A stretch of 61,627 bases of DNA, taken from the NCBI GenBank assembly GCA_036336835.1, contig JAYZFK010000078.1, forward strand, positions 1-61,627, read 5' to 3'. This document shows, piece after piece, positions 9,023 to 19,368 of this stretch. Both the position numbers and the translations under genes were made by a program. Position 1 is the first letter of the stretch, and the number at the start of each line of letters is the position of its first letter. Under the pieces are notes generated by a model. The model worked only from the letters and a program-made list of their open reading frames with translations. It had not been told where the DNA came from and did not search any database. This DNA comes from Myxococcota bacterium. Lineage in GTDB: Bacteria; Myxococcota_A; UBA9160; UBA4427.

Positions 9023-11149
9023 ATGACCGAGTCAACCACGCTGCGCCCGATCTGCTGTCTTGGGTTGCTTCCGGCGCTGCTCGCCGGTTGCCTCGAGCAG
9101 TCGACCGAGGCGCCGCCGCTCGAGTCCGTGGAACGCATCGTTCTCGACATGGGGCACGAGCCCGAGGGAGCGGAGCTCGGCGACGAAGCGCGCCCGGCGA
9201 GTGCGGCCAGTGCAGGTGTGCAGGCGGAGCTGTGTCTGCCGGAGGCGGCCTCCGCTGCAGCGCGGCGGCTGGTGCTGCCGATCGGAGCCAAGCAGGGGCG
9301 GCCGCGTGCGTCACTCGCGCTGGGCGAAGACCGCGTGAGCGCGACCGGAGGCGACGCGTGGAGCGAGCTCGTCCTCGAGCTCGCTGCCGGTGTCACGGGC
9401 TGTGTCGCGCTGACGGTCGACGGGGAAGGGAGTGTGGCATGGCTGTCGGACGGGTTGCTGGTGACGCCGGGTCGTCCTCGTCCCTGGGTCGTCGTCTACG
9501 TCGTCGACTCGCTGCGCTACGACCGGACTCCCTTCGGACAGGCGAAAGGCGAGGAGCGCGCGAAGCTCGCTCCCGCGTTCGAAACGCTCGCCCGCGACGG
9601 GCTGGTCTACGACCGCGCCGTCTCGAGCTCCTCCTGGACCCGACCCGCCGTCGCGTCGATCCTCACCGGGCTCGGACCGTCGGCCCACCGCGTCCTCGAC
9701 CGTCAGGATCGGCTCCCAGCCTGGGCTCCGCGCCTGCAGCAGGCTTTCGCGGACGCCGGCTGGCTCACGGTGGCGGTCTCGAGCAATCCGAACATCCTCC
9801 CGGTGTTCGGCTTCCTCGACGGCTTCGACCGCTTCGTCGATGTGAATTCCGACGGCTGGCTGACCGAGCGCGGCTACGAAGGGCTGGGCAGCAAGCTGCT
9901 CGAGCTGGTGCGCGGCTCCACCGACGTGCCGCTGTTCCTCTACGTTCACGACAACGAACCCCACCTGCCCTATCGGCCGCTCGAGCGCTACCGCGCGATG
10001 TTCGGTGCGGCGGCCGCGGGCTCGCCCGCCGAGCTGCCCGATCCGCAGGCGGGCGCGTCCGTCCTCTTGCAGGCCGCGCAGCTTCAACGCGCGGCGATTC
10101 GTTCGACCAGCGATCGCTTCGGCGCGCTGATGGACGCGCTGCGCCGGCTCGATCGCTACGAGGACGCCGTCGTGGTGCTCACCGCCGATCACGGAGAGGA
10201 GTTCGGCGAGCACGGCGGAGCGGGGCACGGACACACGCTCTTCCAGGAGCAGCTGCACGTGCCGCTCGTGTTGAAGCCGCCGCTGGGAAGCCTCGCGCCT
10301 GGCCGGGTATCGCTGCCGACAGCGCTCGAAGGCATTGCGTCCACGGTCGTCGCGCTCGCGGGAGTTGCTGCGTCGTGGACCGCCGACCGGCCCTCGCTCC
10401 CGCTGGCCCGCGCGGAGGACGGGCCCGCCCCGATCCTGATCGCGGAGCTCGACCTCGCGGGTGCAACCGCGCAGAGCGCGTTGCGTTGGCCTTGGAAGCT
10501 GCTCCGCACACCGCAAGCGCCTCCCCGGCTGTTCGATCTGTCGAAAGATCCGCGCGAGCAGCACAGCCTGGGAGCGCACGAGGCCCCCGTGCTCGCGGCC
10601 CTCGAGAGCGTGCTCGACGACCGGCTCGCGCTGGCGCGCGGCGGCCTCGAGGTCAGCTGCGTTGCCGGCGATCGTCTGGTGCACGGTGAGCTCGAGCTCG
10701 AGCTGGAGCTCGATGACGCGGTCGCGCTCGAAATCCAGCGCGTGGGCTTCGAGATCGGCGAGGACGTCGCGAGCATCGAAGGCAACCGGCTGCGCGCGCG
10801 GCTGCAGCTGCGACCCGCCGAGCAGGTAACTGGGCTCGCGCGCTTCGACCGCGTCGCAGTCGCGCGTCAGGATCCCGACCGCGACCGCATCCGCGTCCCC
10901 CAGCCGCCCGGTGCGACGCTGCGTGTTCACGCGCGGGGCGTTCGACTGGAGGGCCCGGACGGTGTTGCGCTGCCGGCCGACGGTACGCCCATCGCGCTTG
11001 CGTCGATCGAGCTCCCCATCGCCCCCGGCCTCGTCGAGGCGGGGGCCGAGCCGCGTTGCGCCGTCTTCCACATCCGTCCGCGCGGGGTCCAGGCCGCCGA
11101 GGCGGATGCAGAGCTCGAAGCACGGCTGCGCGCCCTGGGATATCTGTAG
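9023..11149 (+). CDS. Sulfatase/alkaline-phosphatase-fold lipoprotein with Thr at the nucleophile position
   Basis: Lipobox LLAGC; VVDSLRYD, SSWTRPAVASILTG, EPHLPY, TADHGEEFGEHG; C-terminal LRALGYL. Confidence 0.8.
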   Translation: MTESTTLRPICCLGLLPALLAGCLEQSTEAPPLESVERIVLDMGHEPEGAELGDEARPASAASAGVQAELCLPEAASAAARRLVLPIGAKQGRPRASLALGEDRVSATGGDAWSELVLELAAGVTGCVALTVDGEGSVAWLSDGLLVTPGRPRPWVVVYVVDSLRYDRTPFGQAKGEERAKLAPAFETLARDGLVYDRAVSSSSWTRPAVASILTGLGPSAHRVLDRQDRLPAWAPRLQQAFADAGWLTVAVSSNPNILPVFGFLDGFDRFVDVNSDGWLTERGYEGLGSKLLELVRGSTDVPLFLYVHDNEPHLPYRPLERYRAMFGAAAAGSPAELPDPQAGASVLLQAAQLQRAAIRSTSDRFGALMDALRRLDRYEDAVVVLTADHGEEFGEHGGAGHGHTLFQEQLHVPLVLKPPLGSLAPGRVSLPTALEGIASTVVALAGVAASWTADRPSLPLARAEDGPAPILIAELDLAGATAQSALRWPWKLLRTPQAPPRLFDLSKDPREQHSLGAHEAPVLAALESVLDDRLALARGGLEVSCVAGDRLVHGELELELELDDAVALEIQRVGFEIGEDVASIEGNRLRARLQLRPAEQVTGLARFDRVAVARQDPDRDRIRVPQPPGATLRVHARGVRLEGPDGVALPADGTPIALASIELPIAPGLVEAGAEPRCAVFHIRPRGVQAAEADAELEARLRALGYL

Positions 11150-11151
11150 CC

Positions 11152-13917
11152 CTAGTCCACGTAGCCCAGCTGCCTCAGCATCTCGAGGTCGCGCGGCGAG
11201 AGGTGTTGCTGCACCGCGGGCACGACGCGCAGTCCCGCTCGGAACGCGTCGAGCGCAGAGAGCATGCGCTCGAGTCGAACGGGATCGTCGATCGTCTCGC
11301 CGGCGCCGAGCGTCCGGACGGCGGCGCCCCGGTCTCCGCTAGGCGTGTGCTCGCTCACCAGGACGTGGCCGTCCTCGACCCAGCCCCAGCGCTTGTCCGC
11401 GGAGCCCATCAGATTGGCCAGGTAGGCGCGTCCGGGCTCGCGTTCGGCTCCGGGCGCGAGCAGGTCGCGCCCAGGGAGCGCCCCGGGAGGTGTCGTGCCG
11501 ACGACGCCGAGCAGAGTGGGCACGAGGTCGACCAGCGACGCGATGTCGTCGCGTACCCCGGGTTCGAGCGACGGGCTGGCGATGATCAGCGGAACGCGTA
11601 CCAGCGCGTCGCTCAGGAACGCGCCGTGCGCGAACCAGTAGTCGTTCTCCCCGAGGCTCTCGCCGTGGTCGGCGGTCAGGACCACGGTCGTCGACTCTTC
11701 CGGCACGCGCTCGCGCACGCCATCGAGCAGGCGGCCGATCTCGGCATCGACGAAGTCCACCTCGCCCGCGTAGCCGGCGCGATAGAAGCCGACGTCGCGG
11801 CGCTGCTCGACGAGCTGGTAGCCGGGAATCGCCCCGATCGGGTTCACCCCGCCAACGGCCAGCTCCCGGCGCCCGTCGGCGGTCGCATGCGCGACGGCGA
11901 GGTGGCGGGCGCGCAGATCTCCAGGCGGCAGATAGGGTCCGTGCGGATCCTGGTAGTGGACCCACAGGAAGACGTCCTTCCCGGGCGGCTCGCGCAGTGT
12001 GTCGAGCGCGACGAGCGCGGCGTCCGTGGTGTCGCCCGCCGTGCGTTCGGGCTGATCGCGGTTGGTCTCGGCCTGAGGAAAGGTGTCGTCGTAGAGATCG
12101 AAGCCCGTCTCGATACCTGTCCCTCGGCGCAACACGTAGTTGCTGACGACGGCACCGGTGCGCCAGCCGCTGCGGCGGAGGAGCTCGCCGAGTGTCTCGC
12201 TCGTGCCGCGAAACAGCGAGTGGTTGGCGAGGATGCCGAGCTCTTCGGGGTAGCGGCCGGTGAGCAGCGATGCCACTGAGGGCATGGTATACGGCGCGGT
12301 CGCATAGCCCGTCGTGAAACGCAGGCTCTTGCGAGCCAGGGCGTCGAGGGCCGGGGTGCGCGAGGCGGTGCTGCCGTAGGCGCCGACGTGATCGGCGCGC
12401 AGCGTATCCGCCGTGATCAGCAGTAGCAGGCGCGGCTCGCGTGCGTCGCGGCGGCGCAGCACGCGAAAGGCCTGCGGAAACTCGCGTTCGAGCTCGTAGT
12501 CGGCATCGATCAGAGCGGTCAGGCGTTGCTGCAGACGTCGCGCATTGGGACGCGCCTCGGCGAACGATCGCCAGTCGTCGGCGACCACCAGGTAGCGGGC
12601 GCTCGCGGTGGACAGGGCGGTGCGCAGCTCGTCGAACAGCGCCTCGGAGTGGGGATAGCCGCCGCTCAGCGGATACAGGATCGCCATCCGGGTCGCCGCG
12701 GGCCGACCGGCCAGGAAGTAGAGCTGAGGCTCCGAGCCGAGCACGGCGATCGGCTCGCCCGGTCGCGTCCGTGTCGCGAGGTAATTGGCGACGTCGGGTG
12801 CCGCGCGCACACCGGGTACCCGGGCGAGAAGCTGCTCGGTCGATGCCTCTGCACTGGCGAGTGTTGCGGAGGTGCGGACGAGCGGGGCGGCGACCACGGC
12901 TGCGATCAGCAGCGCGCCGAGCCAGCCCGGGGTACGACGCTCGAGTTCGCCGGCGAGGGCGCCTGCGCCGAGCGCGAGTGGAACGATCAGCGGGACGTAG
13001 TAGTGCGCATAGGGGTGCCCGGCGAGCAGCGCAGCGCCCAGCGTCGTGGCGCCGAGCAGGGCGACCGCGCGCAGCGGTGCCGCGGGTTCGCGCACGGCGA
13101 CGACGGCCAGGCCGGCCGCGCCGGCGAGCCACAACGGCAGGTCTGCGAGCGCGATCGGCAGGCCCGGGGCGCCGCCAGTGATCGAATCCGCAGCGTGGCG
13201 GCCGCCGATGTAGGCCCAGTTGTGGAACCAGGTCGCATCCAGATAGGCGCTGAGCGCCCCGGCGCTGGCGAGCGCGGCTGCGACCGCAGCGGTCAGCACG
13301 CCGAACCCGAGCGCGGCCCAGGCGGCCGCGAGCCTCGCCGCGCGCTGGTGTCCCGCGAGCAGCGCGTCGAGCGCGATCGCCGCGGCGAGCGCAATGCCGG
13401 TCTGCTTGGTCTGATAGGCCAGCGCCGCAGCGACCCCGGCGACGAATGCGGCCCCCGGACGCGCATCCTCCCGGGCTCGGAGCCAGGCCGCGATCCCGAG
13501 CGCGAGCCAGGGCAGTGCGAAGACCTCGGTGCTGGCCTGGTGGAGGAGCCCGGCCTGGCCGACCCCCATCAGGCTGTAGGCGGCGAGCACGCACAGCGCG
13601 GCGCGATCGCCGAGCCAGCGGCATGCGGTGATGAACAGCCCGAGTCCACCGAGCAGGAACCACAGCGTGGTGCCGACACGGAGTGCCTCGACGGATTCGC
13701 CCGCGACCGACTGCAGCGCGGCGATCAGCCCGAACGCGATCGGCGGCTTCTGGTTGTAGATCTCGAGATAGGGCACCACCGACGTGCGCAGACCCTGTGC
13801 AAGGTGCGCGAGCTCGCCCTCGTCCCGGATCAGGGGAATGCTGCGAAACGGCCATCGGGCGAGGAACGTCGCTACGAGGAGCGCGAGAGCCGATGCGTTT
13901 CGCGTGAGGGGCGTCAT
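11152..13917 (-). CDS. Fusion of a GT-C (ArnT/PMT-like) glycosyltransferase with a C-terminal sulfatase-fold domain
   Basis: N-half: RDEGE, NQKPP and many TM segments. C-half: ITADTLRADH, APYTMPSVASLLTG, DPHGPY, TADHGESLGE, LRQLGYVD. Start uncertain (13917 or 13989). Confidence 0.8.
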   Translation of the reverse strand: MTPLTRNASALALLVATFLARWPFRSIPLIRDEGELAHLAQGLRTSVVPYLEIYNQKPPIAFGLIAALQSVAGESVEALRVGTTLWFLLGGLGLFITACRWLGDRAALCVLAAYSLMGVGQAGLLHQASTEVFALPWLALGIAAWLRAREDARPGAAFVAGVAAALAYQTKQTGIALAAAIALDALLAGHQRAARLAAAWAALGFGVLTAAVAAALASAGALSAYLDATWFHNWAYIGGRHAADSITGGAPGLPIALADLPLWLAGAAGLAVVAVREPAAPLRAVALLGATTLGAALLAGHPYAHYYVPLIVPLALGAGALAGELERRTPGWLGALLIAAVVAAPLVRTSATLASAEASTEQLLARVPGVRAAPDVANYLATRTRPGEPIAVLGSEPQLYFLAGRPAATRMAILYPLSGGYPHSEALFDELRTALSTASARYLVVADDWRSFAEARPNARRLQQRLTALIDADYELEREFPQAFRVLRRRDAREPRLLLLITADTLRADHVGAYGSTASRTPALDALARKSLRFTTGYATAPYTMPSVASLLTGRYPEELGILANHSLFRGTSETLGELLRRSGWRTGAVVSNYVLRRGTGIETGFDLYDDTFPQAETNRDQPERTAGDTTDAALVALDTLREPPGKDVFLWVHYQDPHGPYLPPGDLRARHLAVAHATADGRRELAVGGVNPIGAIPGYQLVEQRRDVGFYRAGYAGEVDFVDAEIGRLLDGVRERVPEESTTVVLTADHGESLGENDYWFAHGAFLSDALVRVPLIIASPSLEPGVRDDIASLVDLVPTLLGVVGTTPPGALPGRDLLAPGAEREPGRAYLANLMGSADKRWGWVEDGHVLVSEHTPSGDRGAAVRTLGAGETIDDPVRLERMLSALDAFRAGLRVVPAVQQHLSPRDLEMLRQLGYVD

Positions 13918-14058
13918 GACGGGACCCGTGAGAGCGGGGGACGGGGACTCTAGCCCACGCTCCTTGCCCGACACGCTCCGCCTCCCCACGCCGGCTGGGC
14001 TGCGATTGGATAGCTTCTCAGATGCGAACCTCGGCGCCAGGACGGAGAGGAGCGACGT

Positions 14059-15591
14059 TTGTCAGTGAGACTCGATCGCCTCGATCTCGCGATCGTTCTC
14101 GCGCTCGGGATCGCCTGTGGTGCGATCTACGCGCAGACCGCATCGTTCGATTTCGTCGGCTTCGACGACGAGGCTCACGTGACGCTCAACGCGATCACGC
14201 AGCAGGGTCTCGACCCGGCGGTGCTCGGTCCGGCGCTTCGCGCCACCGTCGCGGCGAACTGGCATCCGGTCACCCAGCTCTCGCACATGCTCGACGTCGA
14301 GTTGTTCGGGCTCGAGGCCGGCGGTCATCACGCGGTCAACGTGGTGCTGCACGCGCTCGTCACGCTGCTGGTCTTCCTGGTCGTGCGCGAGGCGACTGGA
14401 GCGCGCTGGCGCAGCGCGTTCGTCGCAGCGCTGTTCGCGGTCCATCCGCTGCACGTCGAGGTCGTGGCCTGGGTGTCGCAGCGCAAGACGCTGCTGTGCG
14501 CGGTCTTCGGGATGGCCTCGATGCTGGCCTACGTCACCTACGCCCGCCGAGGTGGCGCCTGGCGCTTCGCGCTCTCGGCGGGTCTGCTCACGGTCGGCCT
14601 GCTCGCGAAGTCGATGCTGGTGACGCTGCCGCTGCTGTTCGCACTGCTCGACTACTGGCCACTCCGGCGCCTCGGCTCGCTGCGCGATGCGCGCGTCCTC
14701 GCGCGCGAAAAACTCGTGCTGCTGCTGCCCGTCCTGGCGATCGCGGCCGTCACCATCGTCGCGCAGCATTCGGCGGAGGCGATGGCGCCGCTCACGCTCG
14801 ACCGACTGCTGCGCGCCCACCTGCCGAACGCGGTACTCGGCTATGCGTGGTATCTCGAGAAGGCGATCTGGCCGGCCGACCTCGCGGTCCACTATCCCCA
14901 TCCCTATTTGCCGCTTGCGGGCGGCATCGCGCCGTCGCCGCTCGTCATCCTCGGTGCGGGCAGCTTGCTCGCCAGCGTGGTGATCCTGGCGGTAATCGCG
15001 GCGCGGCGGCGGCCCTGGATCGCCTTCGGGGTTGCGTGGGCGGCAATCGCTCTGCTTCCGGTGATCGGGATCGTCCAGGTTGGGACGCAGGCGGTTGCAG
15101 ATCGCTACGCCTACCTGCCCCTGCTCGGCCCGTTCATCGCGTTGGCCTGGGAGGCCAACGCCCTGCGCGAGCGGCTGCGCATCCCCGCCGTGATCGTCGC
15201 GGGGACGTCGGTTGCGCTGCTCGGCACATCGGCACTCGTCGCGCATCGCCAGGCGGGCTACTGGCAGAGCGCGCGCGCGCTGTATGGGCACGCTCTCGAG
15301 ATCAGCCCCCGCGACGTGACTCTGCTCTTCAACATGGGCAACGCCGAGCTCGATGCGGGTCGCTATGCCGAGGCCGAGGCCGGCTACCGAGAGGCGTTGG
15401 CGGTGCACCCGGGCCACTCGCCTGCCCAGCTGAACCTGGCCGAGCTGCTTCGCAAGTACGGCGAGCCTTCGGATCTCGCGGAAGCGGTCGCGCTCTATCG
15501 CAGCGTTCTGCGGGAGCGGCCGGGCAACTTCCGCGCCACCCGGGGGCTGCGCAAGGCGCTTGCGAGAGGCGCAGGACGCCGCGATGACTAG
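14059..15591 (+). CDS. TMTC-like GT-C glycosyltransferase with C-terminal TPRs
   Basis: FVGFDD, NWHPVTQLSHMLD, ALFAVHPLHVEVVAWVSQRK, ADRYAYLP, TPR tail. Confidence 0.85.
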   Translation: MSVRLDRLDLAIVLALGIACGAIYAQTASFDFVGFDDEAHVTLNAITQQGLDPAVLGPALRATVAANWHPVTQLSHMLDVELFGLEAGGHHAVNVVLHALVTLLVFLVVREATGARWRSAFVAALFAVHPLHVEVVAWVSQRKTLLCAVFGMASMLAYVTYARRGGAWRFALSAGLLTVGLLAKSMLVTLPLLFALLDYWPLRRLGSLRDARVLAREKLVLLLPVLAIAAVTIVAQHSAEAMAPLTLDRLLRAHLPNAVLGYAWYLEKAIWPADLAVHYPHPYLPLAGGIAPSPLVILGAGSLLASVVILAVIAARRRPWIAFGVAWAAIALLPVIGIVQVGTQAVADRYAYLPLLGPFIALAWEANALRERLRIPAVIVAGTSVALLGTSALVAHRQAGYWQSARALYGHALEISPRDVTLLFNMGNAELDAGRYAEAEAGYREALAVHPGHSPAQLNLAELLRKYGEPSDLAEAVALYRSVLRERPGNFRATRGLRKALARGAGRRDD

Positions 15592-15710
15592 AACCCACCG
15601 TGAGAGTCGCGGCGGTCGAGCTGCGCGCTCCGCCGACCGGATCGCCGCGTCGCTCCGCGCGAAGCCCGGAAGCCGAACGTCGAGCATTCGCTCGGCCGGG
15701 AACTCTTGAG

Positions 15711-18017
15711 ATGGATTCCGGGCCCTCACTTTCGCAAGGCAAGGGACGCGTGCTGCTGGGTCTCGGGATCGCGGCGGCGATCGCGTTCCTGTTCCAGGCC
15801 GTCGGAGGGGACTCGGGCCCCGGTTGGCTCGCGCGGGGCGATGCGCCCTTCATCGTGTATCCGCACGTTCCTCGCACGACGTCGCATCCGCTCCGCACGC
15901 TCGAGGCCGTGTTCGAACGCGAGATCGAGCGCTCGACCGAGGCCAGTGTGTGGGTCGATCTGCGCTGTCTGGGAGCCTGCCGCCTCCGGCTCGACGGCCG
16001 TCCGTTCGGGGACAGCGGAGCGCGGCTGAAGGCTGGATCGAGCACTTTCACAGTCCTCGTGTCGCGCGATGACGGTCCGCCCGCCTTGTCGTTCGCGCGG
16101 CGCGAACGCCAAGGTGGGGCGGGGATCCTTGCGAGCGACACCCGCTGGACGGTCTCGCAGGACGGCTCGGTGCGGTTGCCGGCGGCGTTCGGGACGGAGC
16201 GAGCTCGGCCGCCGGCGCCGGAGCTCCCTGGCGTGCCGTGGCTCGCCGTCGCGGGCCTCGTGCTGCTGGGCGTCGGAGCCTGGCTGGCAGCACCTCGCCT
16301 CGCAGCCCGCGCGCGCTGGGCACTGCCGGTGCTGGTCGCGATCGCGTGGTGCTCGCTGCTGGTCCACAATCTCGGCAGTCTGCCGAGCTTCGTGGGCTTC
16401 GACGTCGAGCACCACGTGTTCTATCTGCGCTTCCTGTTGGAGCACGGTGCCATCCCGTCACCGAGTGACGGTGTCCAGACCTATCAGCCGCCGCTGTTCT
16501 ATCTGATCTCGGCGGGCTGGCTCCGTCTGCTCGGTCTGTCTCTTGGCAGCGACTCGGCCGCGTTCGCGCTTCGAGGACTCACTTTCGCCCTCGGCCTGGC
16601 GCACCTGGCCGGGCTCTACGCCTGCGTGCGCATGCTGCTGCCAGGCCGCAAGGTGGCCGCGCTCGCGCTGGTGTTTGCGGCGGCCGCGCCGTTGCACCTC
16701 GCGCTGTTCCACGCGTTCACCAACGAGGCGCTGGTTGCGGCGCTCTCGACGGCGGCGGTATGGGCGCTGTTGCGTGCGCTCCGCAGCGACCCGCTGCGTG
16801 CGAGACACGGGGTGATCGTCGGCGTCCTGGTCGGGGCGGCCATTCTCGCGAAGCTGTCGGCGCTGGTGCTGGTCCCGATCGCGCTCGGCGCGCTGATCGT
16901 ACAGCGACCGCGGAGCTGGGCCGCGCCTGCGGCTGCGTTGTCGATGCTGGCGGTTGCCGGCTGGTACTACGCGCGGATCACCAGCGAGTTCGGCACCCCC
17001 TTCGTCGGCAACTGGGACGAGCGGGTCGGCTTCGCCTGGTGGCAGGATCCGGGTGTCCGCGATCTCACGGCCTATCTGAGCTTCGGCGGTGCGTTGTCCG
17101 ACCCGTGGTTCGCCGGCTTCGACTCGGTCTGGGACGGGGTCTACTCGACCTTCTACGCGGACGGACTCGCTAGCGGCGAGCGATCTCGCCTGCTCGGTCC
17201 TGCCTGGAACCACGGGCTCGCGCGCGTCGCGCTGTGGCTCGGGCTGATTCCGACATTCCTGGTCGTGCTCGGCGGCGCCCGGGGACTGGCCCGAGTCTGG
17301 CGGCGACCCGATGCGACCGGGCTGGCGCTGGTCGGGCTCGGTGTTTCGATGTTCACCGCCTTCGTGTTCATGACGCTGCGCGTCCCGTCCTATGCGCAGG
17401 CCAAGGCGATCTATTGGAGCCCCGCATTCGTCGTTCTGATCGTGGCGTTCGCTCTGGGTGTGGACACCCTGCGAGAGCGATCGGCGCGCGCGGGACGCGT
17501 CGTCTCCGCGGCGCTGTGGATCTGGGCGGCGATCTCGTTCTCGGTGTTCTGGGTCGATGCGGATGCGCCGGACACGCTTCGCGGTCGCGGGGAGTGGGCG
17601 CTTGCGGCGGGTCGACCGGACGAGGCGATGTTGCACTTCGAGCGCGCGGCGGAGCTGGGCGCGGCCGGTTCACTGCCGTGGGCCCAGGTGGGGGCCTGTC
17701 GCGCCGATCTGCGGACCGGGCAGCTGGCGGCGGCCGCCCGCGCCTGCGGCGAGGCGTTGGGCCGCGCGCCCGACGATCCGGATGCGCTGTTCCACGGCGC
17801 GAGTGTCGCGCGATGGACGGGCGACCCTGCGCAGGCGCTCGAGCTGCTCGAGCGCCTGCGCACGGTCGCACCGCTCGACGAGCGCGCCCCCCCGGTGATC
17901 GCGGCGCTGGCCCGGCGTCTGGGGCGACCGGCGCGCGCGCAAGCTGCGGCGCGCGAGTGGCTGCGCTTCGACCCGGGCAACCGGGAGGCGATCGCGATCC
18001 TCGGACAGCCCGACTAG
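15711..18017 (+). CDS. GT-C membrane glycosyltransferase with C-terminal TPRs
   Basis: GFDVEHH...YQPPLFYL loop, TNEAL, LAKLSAL, many TM segments, TPR-like tail; start uncertain (15600 or 15711). Confidence 0.72.
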   Translation: MDSGPSLSQGKGRVLLGLGIAAAIAFLFQAVGGDSGPGWLARGDAPFIVYPHVPRTTSHPLRTLEAVFEREIERSTEASVWVDLRCLGACRLRLDGRPFGDSGARLKAGSSTFTVLVSRDDGPPALSFARRERQGGAGILASDTRWTVSQDGSVRLPAAFGTERARPPAPELPGVPWLAVAGLVLLGVGAWLAAPRLAARARWALPVLVAIAWCSLLVHNLGSLPSFVGFDVEHHVFYLRFLLEHGAIPSPSDGVQTYQPPLFYLISAGWLRLLGLSLGSDSAAFALRGLTFALGLAHLAGLYACVRMLLPGRKVAALALVFAAAAPLHLALFHAFTNEALVAALSTAAVWALLRALRSDPLRARHGVIVGVLVGAAILAKLSALVLVPIALGALIVQRPRSWAAPAAALSMLAVAGWYYARITSEFGTPFVGNWDERVGFAWWQDPGVRDLTAYLSFGGALSDPWFAGFDSVWDGVYSTFYADGLASGERSRLLGPAWNHGLARVALWLGLIPTFLVVLGGARGLARVWRRPDATGLALVGLGVSMFTAFVFMTLRVPSYAQAKAIYWSPAFVVLIVAFALGVDTLRERSARAGRVVSAALWIWAAISFSVFWVDADAPDTLRGRGEWALAAGRPDEAMLHFERAAELGAAGSLPWAQVGACRADLRTGQLAAAARACGEALGRAPDDPDALFHGASVARWTGDPAQALELLERLRTVAPLDERAPPVIAALARRLGRPARAQAAAREWLRFDPGNREAIAILGQPD

Positions 18018-18138
18018 CGCTTGCGCTTGCTCGGCTGGGCTCGCACCGAGACCGGGCCCGGTGCGATCTGCTAACCACGAGGGGCCGGTCTTCTGGCGGG
18101 ACGGCCAGGTTACCCAGAATGTGTCGCGTGGAGACTCG

Positions 18139-18981
18139 ATGATCGAGGTGGCATCGCTGTTCGTGTACCCCGTGAAGGGGCTTCGGGGTGTCGCTCGCGA
18201 TCGCGTCGAGTTCGACCGGCACGGCCCGCGCTACGATCGCGAGTGGATGCTAGTCGACCCGGAGGGGGTCTTCGTCACGCAGCGCGAAGACACGCGGCTC
18301 GCCCTGATCGGCACGGAGCTGGACGAGCCGGCCGGCGTGCTTCGCCTGCGAGTCCGCTCGTCGCCCGTGCTCGAGGTCCCGCTCGAGGCGGGAGACCGCG
18401 CGACGCGCGAGGTGCGCTGCTGGTTGGATACACAGGCGGCGCTCGACGAAGGGGACGCCGCAGCATCCTGGTTCTCCGAGCAGCTCGCTCGTCCGCTGCG
18501 CCTCGTGCGTGTCGCGCCCGCCCACGCGCGCCCGGTCCCGGCACCATTCAGCGCCGCTCCTGCGACCACGCGCTTCACGGATGGCTTCCCCCTGCTGGTC
18601 GCGAGTCAGGCCTCGCTCGACCTGCTGAACTCGAAGCTCGACGAGTCGCTTCCGATGCAGCGCTTCCGTCCCAACCTGGTGCTGCGTGGTGCCCGCGCGC
18701 ACGCCGAGGACGGCTGGAAGCAGATTCGCATCGGCGGCCCGGATGGTGTGCGGCTGACCTTCGGAAAGTGCTGCTCACGCTGTCAGGTCACGACCATCGA
18801 CCCGGCGACCGCTGAGATCGCCGCGGCCGGCGAGCCGCTGCGAACACTCGCGACCTACCGCACGATGGAGATTCGCAACCCCGACGGCAATACCGAGCGC
18901 GGCGTCTTCTTCGGTGCCAACTACCTGCACGAGGGGTCGGGCGTGGTCGAGCTCGGCGCTCCGGTCGAGGTGCTCGACTGA
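18139..18981 (+). CDS. MOSC domain protein (YcbX/mARC-like)
   Basis: LFVYPVKG, DREWML, FTDGFPLL, RFRPNLV, ED.W, CSRCQVTTID. Confidence 0.9.
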   Translation: MIEVASLFVYPVKGLRGVARDRVEFDRHGPRYDREWMLVDPEGVFVTQREDTRLALIGTELDEPAGVLRLRVRSSPVLEVPLEAGDRATREVRCWLDTQAALDEGDAAASWFSEQLARPLRLVRVAPAHARPVPAPFSAAPATTRFTDGFPLLVASQASLDLLNSKLDESLPMQRFRPNLVLRGARAHAEDGWKQIRIGGPDGVRLTFGKCCSRCQVTTIDPATAEIAAAGEPLRTLATYRTMEIRNPDGNTERGVFFGANYLHEGSGVVELGAPVEVLD

Positions 18982-19060
18982 GCGTGCGAGCCAGGAGCCA
19001 GCCCTCGGACTCCGGGCAGCTCGGCAGCCGCGGTGCCCGCGGCGGACCTGGCTCAGGCGC

Positions 19061-19351
19061 CTAACCGGTCGTGTAGGTGGTGTGCGCCGGGCGGCGGGAC
19101 AGGATGTTCTCCTTGCCCCAGTTCGTGACCTTCTTGAACGCGTCGGATGCAACGAACGCGTTGAAGGCGTCCTCGCTGGCCCAGCGCGAGACGATCAGAT
19201 AGGCGGGCGCGTCGTCCGCGATCTCGCGGTAGAGGTGCGAGTCGTCGTGCCCATCGATGCCCCGCATGGTCTCGATGACCTTCTTGCAGGCGTCCTCGAA
19301 CACCTGCTCCTTGCCGGGTAGCACATGGTAGTTCATTCCAATGGTGACCAA
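19061..19351 (-). CDS. Antibiotic biosynthesis monooxygenase (ABM) family protein
   Basis: V.PGKEQVFE, YLIVSRWASEDAFNAF; AGGAG RBS. Confidence 0.8.
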   Translation of the reverse strand: MVTIGMNYHVLPGKEQVFEDACKKVIETMRGIDGHDDSHLYREIADDAPAYLIVSRWASEDAFNAFVASDAFKKVTNWGKENILSRRPAHTTYTTG

Positions 19352-19368
19352 ATCTCTTCTCCTCGATG

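Noticed and set aside
11339..13855. Long Arg/Ala-rich alternative-frame ORFs (also 8986-10689, 41011-43128, 43554-45770, 47097-49445)
   Set aside because: Off-frame shadows of real genes caused by high GC; no motifs
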